Assembly (NCBI GenBank): GCA_964016885.1
Contig: OZ024740.1
Coordinates: 212,784,001 to 212,848,000, forward strand
Length of the DNA stretch: 64,000 nucleotides
Source of the DNA: Eledone cirrhosa
Taxonomy: Eukaryota
Direction of reading: 5' to 3'
Of this stretch, positions 35,831 through 48,793 are shown piece after piece; the first letter of the stretch is position 1, and every line of letters starts with the position of its first letter. Position numbers and translations under genes: made by a program. The notes below the pieces were generated by a model, which did no database searches, was not told the DNA's origin, and saw only the letters and a list, made by a program, of their open reading frames with translations.

Positions 35831-36109
35831 TTGCTTGTTCAAGATATGATACAGGTTCGTGTGGTTGGCCGTAGCCTAAAGGTGCACCATTTTCTGTAAA
35901 CTGACAAGCGATTGCAATACTCTTAGCAAAGTTTACAGCCATCATTTAGGTTTGTATGTATGTATGAATAAATGTATGTATGTGTGTGTATGTATGTATC
36001 TATGTGCATATGTATGTACATATATATATATGTGCGTATGTATGTATATATGTATGTATATGTGTGTGTATCCTCAAGATCTCATGGAGGTCTCATATTC
36101 TAGACACTG

Positions 36110-39100
36110 ATGTGCTAACACGGCACCACAACACATGCCACGCCCATGTGGGCTAACACGGCACCACAACACATGCCACGCCATGTGGGCTAACACGCCA
36201 CTACAAAATATGGCACGCCCATGTGGGCTACCACGGCACCACAAAACATGCCACGCCCATGTGGGCTAACACGGCACCACAAAACATGGCACGCCCATGT
36301 GGGTTAACACGGCACCACAAACATGCCACGCCCATGTGGGCTAACACGGCACCACAAAACATGCTACGCCCATGTGGGCTAACACGGCACCACAAAACAT
36401 GCCACACCCATGTGGGCTAACACCGCACCACAGCACATGCCACGCCCATGTGGGCTAACACGGCACCACAACACATGCCACGCCCATGTGGGCTAACACG
36501 GCACCACAACACATGCCACGCCCATGTGGGCTAACACAGCACCACAACACATGCCACGCCCATGTGGCCTAACACGGCATCACAAAACATGCCACGCCAA
36601 TGTGGGCTAACACGGCACCACAAAACATGGCACGCCCATGTGGGCTAACACGACACCACAACACATGGCAGGCCCATGTTGTCTAACACGGCATCACAAC
36701 ACATGGCACGCCCATGTGGGCTAACACGGCACCACAACACATGGCACGCCCATGTGGGCTAACACGGCACCACATAACATGCCACGCCCATGTGGGCTAA
36801 CACGGCACCACAAAACATGCCACGTCCATGTGGGCTAACATGGCACCACAAAACATGCCACGCCCATGTGGGCTAACACGGCACCACAACACATGCCACG
36901 CCCATGTTGGCTAACACGGCACCACAACACATGCCACGCCCATGTGGGCTAACACGGCACCACAACAAATGCCACGCCCATGTGGGCTAACACGGCACCA
37001 CAACACATGCCACGCCCATGTGGGCTAACACGGCACCACAAAACATGCCACGCCCATGTGGGCTAACACGGCACCACAACACATGCCACGCCCATGTTGG
37101 CTAACACGGCACCACAACACATGCCACGCCCATGTGGGCTAACACGGCACCACAACAAATGCCACGCCCATGTGGGCTAACACGGCACCACAACACATGC
37201 CACGCCCATGTGGGCTAACACGGCACCACAAAACATGCCACGCCCATATGGGCTAACACGGCACCACAAAACATGCCACGCCCATGTGGGCTAACACGGC
37301 ACAACAACACATGCCACGCCCAAGTGGGCTAACACGGCACCACAACACAAGCCACGCCCATGTGGGCTAACACGGCACCACAACACATGCCACGCCCATG
37401 TGGGCTAACACGGCACCACAACACATGCCACGCTCATGTGGTCTAACACGGCACCACAACACATGCCACGCCCATGTGGGCTAACACGGCACCACAACAC
37501 ATGCCACGCCCATGTGGTCTAACACGGCACCACAACACATGCCACTCCCATGTGGGCTAACACGGCACCACAACACATGCCACGCCCATGTGGGCTAACA
37601 CGGCACCACAACACATGCCACGCCCATGTGGGCTAACACGGCACCACAAAACATGGCACGCCCATTTGGGCTAACACGGCACGACAACACATGCCACGCC
37701 CATGTGGGCTAACACGGCACCACAAAACATGGCACGCCCATGTGGGCTAACACGGCACCACAAAACATGGAACGCCCATGTGGGCTAACACGGCACGACA
37801 ACACATGCCACGCCCATGTGGGCTAACACGGCACCACAAAACATGGCACGCCCATGTGGGCTAACACGACACCACAAACATGGCACACCCATGTGCGCTA
37901 ACACGGCACCACAAAACATGCCACGCCCATTTGGGCTAACACGGCACTACAAAACATGGCACGCCCATGTGGGCTAACACGGCACCACAACACATGCTAC
38001 GCCCATGTGGGCTAACACGGCACCACAAAACATGCCACGCCCATGTGGGCTAACACGGCACCACAACACATGCCACGCCCATGTTGGCTAACACGGCACC
38101 ACAACACATGCCACGCCCATATGGGCTAACACGGCACCACAAAACATGCCACGCCCATGTGGGCTAACACGGCACTACAAAACATGGCACGCCCATGTGG
38201 GCTAACACGGCACCACAACACATGCTACGCCCATGTGGGCTAACACGGCACCACAAAACATGCCACGCCCATGTGGGCTAACACGGCACCACAACACATG
38301 CCACGCCCATGTTGGCTAACACGGCACCACAACACATGCCACGCCCATATGGGCTAACACGGCACCACAAAACATGCCACGCCCATGTGGGCTAACACGG
38401 CACCACAAAACATGCCACGCCCATGTGGGCTAACACGGCACCACAACACATGCCACGCCCATGTGGGCTAACACGACACCACAAAACATGCCACGCCCAT
38501 GTGGGCTAACACGACACCACAACACATGCCACGCCCATGTGGGCTAACACGGCACCACAACACATGCCACGCCCATGTGGGCTAACACGGCACCACAACA
38601 CATGCCACGCCCATGTGGGCTTACACGGCACCACAAAACATGGCACGCCCATGTGGGCTAACACGGTACCACAACACATGCCACGCCCATGTGGGCTAAC
38701 ACGGCACTACAAAACATGCCACGCCCATGTGGGCTAACACGGCACCACAAAACATGCCACGCCCATGTGGGCTAACATGGCACCACAAAACATGGCACGC
38801 CCATGTGGGCTAACACGGCACCACAACACATGCCCGCCCATGTGGGCTAACACGGCACCACAACACATGCCACGCCCATGTGGGCTAACACGGCACCACA
38901 ACACATGCCACGCCCATGTGGGCTAACACGGCACCACAAAACATGGCACGCCCATGTGGGCTAACACGGCACCACAACACATGCCACGCCCATGTGGGCT
39001 AACACGGCACCACAACACATGCCACGCCCATGTGGGCTAACACGGCACCACAACACATGCCACGCCCATGTGGGCTAACACGGCACCACAAAACATGGCA

Positions 39101-41309
39101 CGCCCATGTGGGCTAACACGGCACCACAACACATGCCACGCCCATGTGGGCTAACACGGCACCACAACACATGCCACGCCCATGTGGGCTAACACGGCAC
39201 CACAACACATGCCACGCCCATGTGGTCTAACACGGCACCACAACACATGCCACGCCCATGTGGGCTAACACGGCACCACAACACATGCCACGCCCATGTG
39301 GTCTAACACGGCACCACAACACATGCCACTCCCATGTGGGCTAACACGGCACCACAACACATGCCACGCCCATGTGGGCTAACACGGCACCACAAAACAT
39401 GGCACGCCCATTTGGCCTAACACGGCATGACAACACATGCCACGCCCATGTGGGCTAACACGGCACCACAAAACATGGCACGCCCATGTGGGCTAACACG
39501 GCACCACAAAACATGGAACGCCCATGTGGGCTAACACGGCACGACAACACATGCCACGCCCATGTGGGCTAACACGGCACCACAAAACATGGCACGCCCA
39601 TGTGGGCTAACACGACACCACAAACATGGCACACCCATGTGCGCTAACACGGCACCACAAAACATGCCACGCCCATGTGGGCTAACACGGCACTACAAAA
39701 CATGGCACGCCCATGTGGGCTAACACAGCACCACAAAACATGCCACGCCCATGTGGGCTAACACGGCACCACAACACATGCCACGCCCATGTGGGCTAAC
39801 ACGACACCACAAAACATGCCACGCCCATGTGGGCTAACACGGCACCACAACACATGCCACGCCCATGTGGGCTAACACGACACCACAAAACATGCCACGC
39901 CCATGTGGGCTAACACGGCACCACAAAACATGACACGCCCATGTGGGCTAACACGGCACCACAAAACATGCCACGCCCATGTGGGCTAACACGGCACCAC
40001 AACACATGCCACGCCCATGTGGGCTAACACGACACCACAAAACATGCCACGCCCATGTGGGCTAACACGGCACCACAACACATGCCACGCCCATGTGGGC
40101 TAACACGACACCACAAAACATGCCACGCCCATGTGGGCTAACACGACACCACAACACATGCCACGCCCATGTGGGCTAACACGGCACCACAACACATGCC
40201 ACGCCCATGTGGGCTAACACGGCACCACAACACATGCCACGCCCATGTGGGCTAACACGGCACCACAAAACATGGCACGCCCATGTGGGCTAACACGGTA
40301 CCACAACACATGCCACGCCCATGTGGGCTAACACGGCACTACAAAACATGCCACGCCCATGTGGCTAACACGGCACCACAAAACATGGCACGCCCATGTG
40401 GGCTAACACGGCACCACAAAACATGGAACGCCCATGTGGGCTAACACGGCACGACAACACATGCCACGCCCATGTGGGCTAACACGGCACCACAAAACAT
40501 GGCACGCCCATGTGGGCTAACACGACACCACAAACATGGCACACCCATGTGCGCTAACACGGCACCACAAAACATGCCACGCCCATGTGGGCTAACACGG
40601 CACTACAAAACATGGCACGCCCATGTGGGCTAACACGGCACCACAACACATGCTACGCCCATGTGGGCTAACACGGCACCACAAAACATGCCACGCCCAT
40701 GTGGGCTAACACGGCACAGCAACACATGCCACGCCCATGTGGGCTAACACGGCACCACAACACATGCCACGCCCATGTGGGCTAACACGGCACCACAACA
40801 CATGCCACGCCCATGTGGGCTAACACGGCACCACAAAACATGACACGCCCATGTGGGCTAACACGGCACCACAAAACATGCCACGCCCATGTGGGCTAAC
40901 ACGGCACCACAACACATGCCACGCCCATGTGGGCTAACACGACACCACAAAACATGCCACGCCCATGTGGGCTAACACGACACCACAACACATGCCACGC
41001 CCATGTGGGCTAACACGGCACCACAACACATGCCACGCCCATGTGGGCTAACACGGCACCACAACACATGCCACGCCCATGTGGGCTAACACGGCACCAC
41101 AAAACATGGCACGCCCATGTGGGCTAACACGGTACCACAACACATGCCACGCCCATGTGGGCTAACACGGCACTACAAAACATGCCACGCCCATGTGGGC
41201 TAACACGGCACCACAAAACATGCCACGCCCATGTGGGCTAACATGGCACCACAAAACATGGCACGCCCATGTGGGCTAACACGGCACCACAACACATGCC
41301 ACACCCATC
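36110..41309. repeat. 38-bp GC-rich satellite array, roughly 135 copies
   Basis: Consensus GGGCTAACACGGCACCACAA(C/A)ACATG(C/G)CACGCCCATGT in head-to-tail tandem with no unique spacers. Confidence 0.98.
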
Positions 41310-41421
41310 ACACAGAAGCAATGTGATTATAAGTTCTGTTGTAGACAAACATAACAGGAAAAAGCGTTTTTAGTTTAATTGGAGTATCATAGTATTTTGG
41401 TCTTTATTGCAATTTTTATCA

Positions 41422-41708
41422 TGCCTTTCATCCTTACGGGGTCGATAAAATAAAGTACCAGTAATGTACTGGTTAATTTGCTGCCCTTGTGCCAAAAGTA
41501 GAAACAATTATATAGGGCGGTGGATTGGCAGTATCGGTAGAGAGTCGGACGCCATGCTTTGCAGCAAAGTGTTACGGCCCTTTATGGTCTGAGGTCAAAT
41601 CCCACCTAGGTTAACTTCGCCTTTCATCCTTACGGAGTCTATAAAATAAAGTACCAGTAATGTACTGGGTAATTGCTGGTCTTGTGCCAAAGGTAGAAAC
41701 AATTATTT
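41422..41708 (+). mobile_element. Two tandem SINE copies (5'-truncated 41422-41511; near-complete 41514-41708)
   Basis: Same family as 30798-30980. Confidence 0.85.
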
Positions 41709-42034
41709 TGCTATTTAATGAAAATATGAAGAGGATCATTGAGAACTTGTAAATATGTATAGACAACCCATTCTTTCAAAATATAATTAGTATTTCATAA
41801 AAAGTATTTCATTTTGTTATGCATCATACTGCAAAGACACGTGATTTTATGAATTGACGACCTTTAAATTCATTTTGTGGTTGGTTCTCTTAATTGAAAA
41901 TGAAGGAAGTAAATGTTAAGGACATAAAGAATCATCTGATCCAGGGAATTACAGGGAAGTTAATATGTCTTAATAAGATGATGATATATCAATACACTTT
42001 TATACAAGTCTTTAATACTGTACACACATATCAA

Positions 42035-42937
42035 TTATGTTGATTTCTTCCCAGCTTCATAACATACAGTACCTAATTTAAACCAACCTGATTTATAAAG
42101 TTGAAGCTGTGTTTTGGGTTTTTCTTTGTCAACATACATTCCATATATGATTTGCTGTTCTGTACTTATAAGCTTCAAGGACAAAGATTTCTTAACAAAG
42201 TTTAAATACTCTTGAGTAAATTTGTACAAAACATCATATTTGCCAAGGTTACAGCCACCTGCCAACCACACCATATTGCTATAAACAATATTTTTATAGG
42301 TTACATTCTTATTAAAACTACCTATTTGGCTATATGCAACGCTAGAATCATTAAAATCTTTAGGTATTGCAAGTCTCATTTCGGAACTATAATGGGGTGA
42401 TCTGAAATATCCCATATCTAACCACATAAAGTATTTCGTATGAAAATAGTTCTTTCTTATAATTCGGTTAAGTAACTCAAATTTTGCATGCACAACACAA
42501 GCGTATTCTGGCAAAACTGTATTGGGATGATGTTTTGGGTAACCAGGTTGACTAAATATATCAGAAATATTTTTTTTTATCTGAAATGTCCACAATGTTT
42601 TCGTATCTATCAGAAATAACTTGGTTTGTTCTTTGGAAAATCTGCTCCTCATCTTTTGAAATGATTTATATGTAGTTTCATCATCTGTATAAACAATTAA
42701 ATTATTAGTGATGTTAGCAAATACAGACATCCATTTGTAATACGCGCTGGGACCACGCTTATTTCCAGGACTTCCCTTTCCAAAGGTTCCTATATTAAAA
42801 TATGCAGTCAATATTGTGATTTCTTTGGAAAGGTTTATGGTGTTTTTTGGAAGATCTTTTTCAAAAGGGAGAATGATTTTTTTTTTTATTGAAGTGATTG
42901 CTATATTCAAGTTATCTTTTAATGTCATCATATGATC
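42035..42937 (-). CDS. HtrL/YibB(WlaTC)-like putative glycosyltransferase; probably the large terminal exon of a host gene
   Basis: Uninterrupted 298-aa ORF of normal complexity with ITILTAYFNIG, LIVYTD, EYACVVHAKFELL, FHTKYFMWLDMGYFR, WLAGG..LG and TEQQII motifs resembling the HtrL_YibB family (recognised by eye). An in-frame acceptor TTTATTTTACAG|GATCATATG lies at 42938/42937. Confidence 0.8.
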   Translation of the reverse strand, partial: DHMMTLKDNLNIAITSIKKKIILPFEKDLPKNTINLSKEITILTAYFNIGTFGKGSPGNKRGPSAYYKWMSVFANITNNLIVYTDDETTYKSFQKMRSRFSKEQTKLFLIDTKTLWTFQIKKNISDIFSQPGYPKHHPNTVLPEYACVVHAKFELLNRIIRKNYFHTKYFMWLDMGYFRSPHYSSEMRLAIPKDFNDSSVAYSQIGSFNKNVTYKNIVYSNMVWLAGGCNLGKYDVLYKFTQEYLNFVKKSLSLKLISTEQQIIYGMYVDKEKPKTQLQLYKSGWFKLGTVCYEAGKKST

Positions 42938-43659
42938 CTGTAAAATAAATAATATAGAAAATTACATTAAGAGATGATATAATGAAAATATAATGCGAAA
43001 TATTTTAGAGTGTCGTATTTCATACCATAGGAATGACAAAATATATTTAGAAAACAAAGAAATGACTAGCAAAAAAATCATGAGATAAAGTAAATCATTT
43101 CGCATTAATTAAACAAATAAATTATTTTAGCAAATATATCTGATCTGTATCAAAATGTATGACCTAATAAATTAAATCCAAGATTCCCATATATGTCTTA
43201 ATTTATAAAATAGACAAATTGAATCCCCGTATGTCGTAAAAGCCGACTAAAAGAGTTGGCTTCATGAAGGACATTTTCCTGTACAACTTTATATCAAAAA
43301 CTCCCAGCATGGAAAAGTTGACGTAAAAATTATGATAATGATGATAATGATGATGATATATGAAACAATTTACAAAAATATTAATGGACATACCAATTAC
43401 CATAAAATAGTATAAAACATCATAAAGACATACATGTCGTTTGACTATTTTTCTTCAATTCAAGTTTATTTTGATTGGAAATCTCTCCGGCTCCCCGGTG
43501 GTACGTTTTTAAAGAAGACGAATATCTCGTCGCCTTATATTCAATTATTCATCCTTTAAATTTTAAGAATATTTTACATATTTTGAAAGTTCCAAATATC
43601 ATAGCTTATGAATTAAGGAGCTGATAATTTTCCGCTTTTGTTCAGTTGGTACATGGTAG

Positions 43660-44880
43660 TCATTTCTTGTTCTTGGATTACATAGAGGTTTCCTTCAATG
43701 AGCAATGTTAAGAACTTGTCGGAATTCCATGTAAGTTATTTAGTGTGATTTACCACCTCTATGGCCTGCATTTCCCATCTTAAGTACCCATGTACAACAT
43801 TTTCAATCTAACTTTTTATTTTCTTCAAGCATTGAGAAAAGATTTCCAATGATCTTGGGAGAGAGATTTGTGACAGCTTTTATTTCATGTTTCTTCTCAT
43901 GTTCAATGGATATTCTAACAATATTGTTATTTTCGTGTTTATAAAACTGGATGAGATAGTTGCTGACTTTTTTCTTCTGTTGAAGATATTGTTTTAGTGT
44001 TAGTATTCAGACCTCATACAATGTTGATATGGATTTTAGATCCTGCCCACATTCCTAGCATGGGAGTTATTGTCTGTCCACATCCCAATTGATGTTGACA
44101 TTTCCAGTAACAATGAGCTGCTTGCGCATTCGTGTTCATTCCTAGTTAAGTTCTTACAGTGACCAGTTGAGAAGGCCAAATGTTTGCATTACGATACCTC
44201 TCCTGAGGTATTTATTCTTAGCACTCTCCTTATATAGAGGTCCATCATATCTGACATTCCCATCTTGTCTAAGATACCTGTAGTTGACACGTCAATGTAA
44301 AGATTGTATTGTCAAGCCGTTCATGTTTAGTTTTTCGGGGAGAGTTACAACCTTTCTATGTTTCATCACCAATAATGCACATTTGGAATCATTAAACATC
44401 AGCCTGTAGAAAGTTGGCAAATGAGCGCCAATTTTCTCTATGGTTTGTAAGATGTTTGGCCCATACAACTTCAGGTCATTAACAAAGAAAAGATGAGAAA
44501 TATTTCTAATTTTTTGTGAGCAGGTATGTTAATGGGTTTAATGAGAACAATAATGATCTGCACTGACATTCTATCGCTCTGCAAGATGTGTGTTGGTGGT
44601 GTATAGTATCAGATTCACTTTGCTTCCTATCATCTCAAAATGGGATGTAGCATGACTTGGTCAGACATTGGATAACAGCTACAAGTGGTTGTGTGACTAA
44701 CTATGAAGCCTTTTCACTCAACCAATGAAGTATATTAATGAAGGTCTTCTGTTAGTCCAGCCACACTACAGTGAAGCTATAAGAGATCGATTTGACATCC
44801 CTGGCAAATAGTCGATTCAGTATTTGCTGTTTATATGCTGTAGATTAGTGTTTCTGTTGCAACTGCGTGTTCAGTTGGTT
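43660..44880 (-). pseudogene. Highly decayed R4/Dong-like RT region
   Basis: ISHLFFVNDLKLY (cf. ISHLLFMDDLKLY), FNDSKCA, YRYL. 43930-44030 is homologous to 31000-31085. Confidence 0.6.
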
Positions 44881-45689
44881 TTTTTTAATCCTTTATCTCT
44901 AAATCCCCTTTCTGATTTCTCTCTTAAACTTTTCTTGTGTTGTGTGAAATTGTTGTCCACATCAAATTTCATAATTTCAAATATCAGTGAGATATGTCTT
45001 TGAAAGGAGAAAATGCTGTTTTTAAGCTGTGTGCCCATGTATCTTGATTGTGTGGCTTCGGTTCCTTCTGATAAGTTAACAATGTAATAGCAGACACAAT
45101 TATCAAAAGATTTATTGGTTCACATATCCAGTTAGATAATTACCTGCTATTAGTTCTAGTTTGGAGGCTTCTTTTCTTATATTGATGTTGCATGGCCTGT
45201 AACTCTAATTAAGGTTTTCAACCTACTGAAACATATCCTCCCAAATAGGTTTGTATTTCAAATAATGTGTTGAGAGAAGTCTGTAGTCGGTTGCCTATAG
45301 CTTCAGCAATCGCATTATCTCTCTATTTATCACTGTTGGCTTTGATGTTATAGTGTCAGGTAATCTTCTACTGGTACTGGGAACACCTATATGTTCCTAG
45401 CTGCTACCACTAGTTTCAATAGGTGTCTATCCACCGCTAGCTTCCGCTGAATCAGACGATTTAGTTATATAAACCAATTAACTTTTAATAATACGTCTTA
45501 CTTGTTAATTTAAGTGTTGGGGGTTAATGTCTAGTTCTGGTTGTTTGATGCTGTTGAGGCTCAGATTGTATATATGTCTTATATAAATCTTTGTTAAGGC
45601 GGTATCTCTACTACATATAATTATATTCACGGTTGAGTCGAAGTAAACAAAAGATATATCCGCAGGCATGATAGAGTTGGAACCTTCAT

Positions 45690-46245
45690 ACACTGGAAAT
45701 TATGCCAGCATTATGAAATACCAACATAAAAAAGATGGTACAAACACATACCAGAAAAAGTGTCAGAGAATGACAAAGCAACCATTCTCTGAGATATACC
45801 AATACATACAGACAGAGAGGTCAAGACCAAAGACCACAAAGAAAAAAAATGCCTTTTAATAGATGTATCTATCCCCACAGACGACAATATATCTTCCAAG
45901 AAAATAGAGAAACTCTCCAAATATAAAGATCTAGCGATAGAAATAACTCGAAAGTGGAAAATGAAAACAGAAACAATACCTATAATAATAGGTGCTCTAG
46001 GAATGAGTAAAAACACACAGACAAATACATAGCCAAAACTCCAGGACTTACAAATATATACAGCATACAAAAGATAGCGCTACTAGGCACTCCACACATA
46101 TTTCGTAAAGTACTATCAATACAATAGAAACAACATCAGCAAAAACTACACTGCACATACCCAAGGCGCACAGAAGTTTGCTCGGAAAAGCAGTAATGAA
46201 GCGCAATAAAAATAATAAAGGAAATAACAATAATAATAATAATAA
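45690..46245 (+). mobile_element. R4/Dong-like LINE 3' end with (TAA)n tail
   Basis: RPD/RPR.., CLLIDVSIPTDDNISSKKIEKLSKYKDLAIEITRKWKMKTETIPIIIGALG...IQKIALLGT.HI.RKVLS, then AATAAA and (TAA)n. Confidence 0.85.
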
Positions 46246-46500
46246 TAAGGAGGATTTGTTATGTCTTCATTGTGTTTATCGAGCAGTGACATGCGTTTCG
46301 CTATTAATCAGCCCAAGGTTTGATCTGTATCGATCTAATCCGACTCTTGTGGAGCCAGAAGCTCGCCAGACCTCTGCTGTGGTCCAACGAGATTTTGACT
46401 CCAGAGGCGGGTTAGATCGATACAGATCGACCTTGAGCTGATTAATAGCGAAACGCGTGTCACTGCTCGATAAACATAATGAAGACATAACAAATCATCC

Positions 46501-46520
<20 letters not shown>
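46230..46520. repeat. Fold-back element (~125-bp arms, axis ~46375) between (AAT)n and (ATT)n, probably PLE-derived
   Basis: GATTTGTTATGTCTTCATT.TGTTTATCGAGCAGTGACA.GCGTTTCGCTATTAATCAGC and its reverse complement at 46437-46497. Carries a hammerhead-like 3' half. Confidence 0.8.
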
Positions 46521-46547
<27 letters not shown>

Positions 46548-47001
46548 GGTCTAAGCGGACGTATTTTGCTCGCTCACAGTAAGTCGCTTTACTTGCCTGT
46601 TAAAATTATTTGTTGTTAAATATTTCTTGTTGTGTAAGGGATAAAAGCCCTTAGACTTTGCCCCGTGAAGGGGAAAGTATAATATTTGGGCCTTTGGGCC
46701 CAAATATTTGAACTTTTTTATACATGTTAAAAAATTTACGAAGAAGAAAAAACATGGCTGAGCCACGCCCCCTAGCGATATGTCGACTGTCGTGCGACAA
46801 CGACGTAGAAGTTGAGAGGAGCGCTACAGCGAAATTAACACACATTGATAATACAAGCACCACCACAAACAAGGTAAACAAAGACACCAATGATACCAAT
46901 AAGAACACTAATTTTGAAAAAAATGACAGTAACAGCGACAACGAAAATACAGATAACAAAAAACAAATGACAAATGCAACAACAATATCAACACCACTAA
47001 C

Positions 47002-48762
47002 ATGAAAACAAATAGCGACAACACCAACAGCAACAATACCAACTGCACCGAGAACAACGGTGGCAACAAAGACAACAATGATAACAGCGAGAGTGCTAAC
47101 AACAACACCAACAAGAACAACGACAACAAAACCCACAACGAAAACATGAAGAACACTTTCGCTGCGGCAGCAGCAAAAAAGAGGCCATGCTTCAACATGG
47201 ACCTCTCAAACAAAGATGAAAAGTTGGCCCAGGCATGGAAGCTCTTCAAGCAAGAGCAAACTTGGGCCAACTTAACTGTCCCGGTAGAAGCTATTGAGGC
47301 AGTGGAGTGCATTATAGATGCATCTCAGCACAAACCAAAAGGGCAGCTTTAATCCCACAAGAAGATGTCGAAGTCGCGCTGAGGTGCATCAGAGAAGACA
47401 CCCAGGACATAGAGAGGGGCAGACAGTACGGCACCATTTCGGTGTTGTTCAAGTCAGAAGCCCTCACTATGAAACACTCTATGACTCCTTGCAAAACCAG
47501 CAACGTCATAATGTACCCCTCCCACATGGGAAAAAGAACGGCCCGTATCCGCATTCCCAGAATCCCACCAGGACTTGACATGTGGTGGCTTCTGGGATGT
47601 GTGATTGTGGAGGGGACGGATACAGTCCCTATAGAAGTGACCAGAACGGCCAGAGAGGACTGGTCCTGGGTTGACCTGGAGATCCTTCTCCAGATCAGGC
47701 CCGAGAATGTGAAGACAATCCCGGACCACATCCGCCTTCCGAATGGGACGGTCATTCACATCATGACCGAAGGCAAAAGGCCGCAGTGTTTTGTTTGTGG
47801 GGAAAAATCCCATTTGCGAGCCTTCTGCCCTCAACTGCTGAAAGAGGCAAGGGGTCGAAAGGCTCCACTGCTGCCGACGCCGGGGCGAGGACCACAACCA
47901 ACACCAGCACCGGCAAAACCACCAACAACAACACCAATAGAAAGACCACCACCAACATTGACCACCCAGGGGGGAAACGAGGAAAGCTGTCAAATTCCCC
48001 CTCTCCAAAATAATACACACACCAATAAAACCATAAACATACATACAGACACATTTACAGACACAGACCCCTCATCTACCAGTAGTGAAAATGAGGGAAA
48101 TCCAAAATCCCCCAAAATACAAAAATGGAAACACAAAAAGAAAAAGAAAACTCAAAAAAAGGAAACACAAAAAGAAAAAGAAAACTCAACAAAGCACAAA
48201 AGCACCCACAATAAAAAACGCAGACACCACCCACGCAAACATCTCTCCCATAACACCAACATCAACACCACCATCACCATCACCATCACCAGAATCCCCC
48301 AAACACAAACAACCGAAACAGACGCAAGAACAAATATACATACAAACATCTGAAACCACAGACACCGCACTCACAACAAACACAGATACAACCGAAACAA
48401 CACCAACAAAACCATCACCATCACAGCCACGCAAACAAATAAAATCACACCAACAAAACATACAAAACTTCGTGCTCGTCAGGAGGGCCAACAAGGAACT
48501 GATGGCCCTCGTAGCACGAAGTGAAAATATACAAAAAGAGGGGGAAATGTTTAAATCGAGCACATTTCGCGTGCCGGAAGATTTGGTTCTGGTGCGAATG
48601 TCGCTCGACATATTCAAAGAAATACGAGACAGCTTTCCTCGGGACGTGGGAACCCCGAACGTAAAACTCACTTCAAGACTTTTAAAGGGGTTCCCAAAAG
48701 AAACCCCACTAACTATGGAGGACGAACAACCCGACCTTCACCAGAGCCCGGAAGGTAAGTAA
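47002..48762 (+). pseudogene. Tx1 copy A ORF1 (gag-like, single CCHC knuckle), frameshifted
   Basis: CFVCGEKSHLRAFC, a Pro/Thr-rich linker and a Lys-rich patch. Split over ORFs 47002-47352, 47307-48353 and 48085-48762; the true start may be upstream (~46733). Confidence 0.8.
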
Positions 48763-48793
48763 ACCTTCCTCTCTCCCTGTTTAACCTGCCAAC

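Noticed and set aside
36110-41309. CRISPR array, coding repeat or tandem ribozyme interpretation of the 38-bp repeat
   Set aside because: There are no unique spacers and no cas genes. The unit is not a multiple of 3 and has TAA/TAG stops. The GGGCTAA hairpin resembles HDV P4-J4/2, but no P1 or P2 partners exist.
43203-43460. Upstream exon(s) of the HtrL-like gene
   Set aside because: A basic/hydrophobic stretch and a G|GTATGT donor exist near 43395, but there is no clean start codon and the phase does not match the acceptor. RNA-seq is needed.
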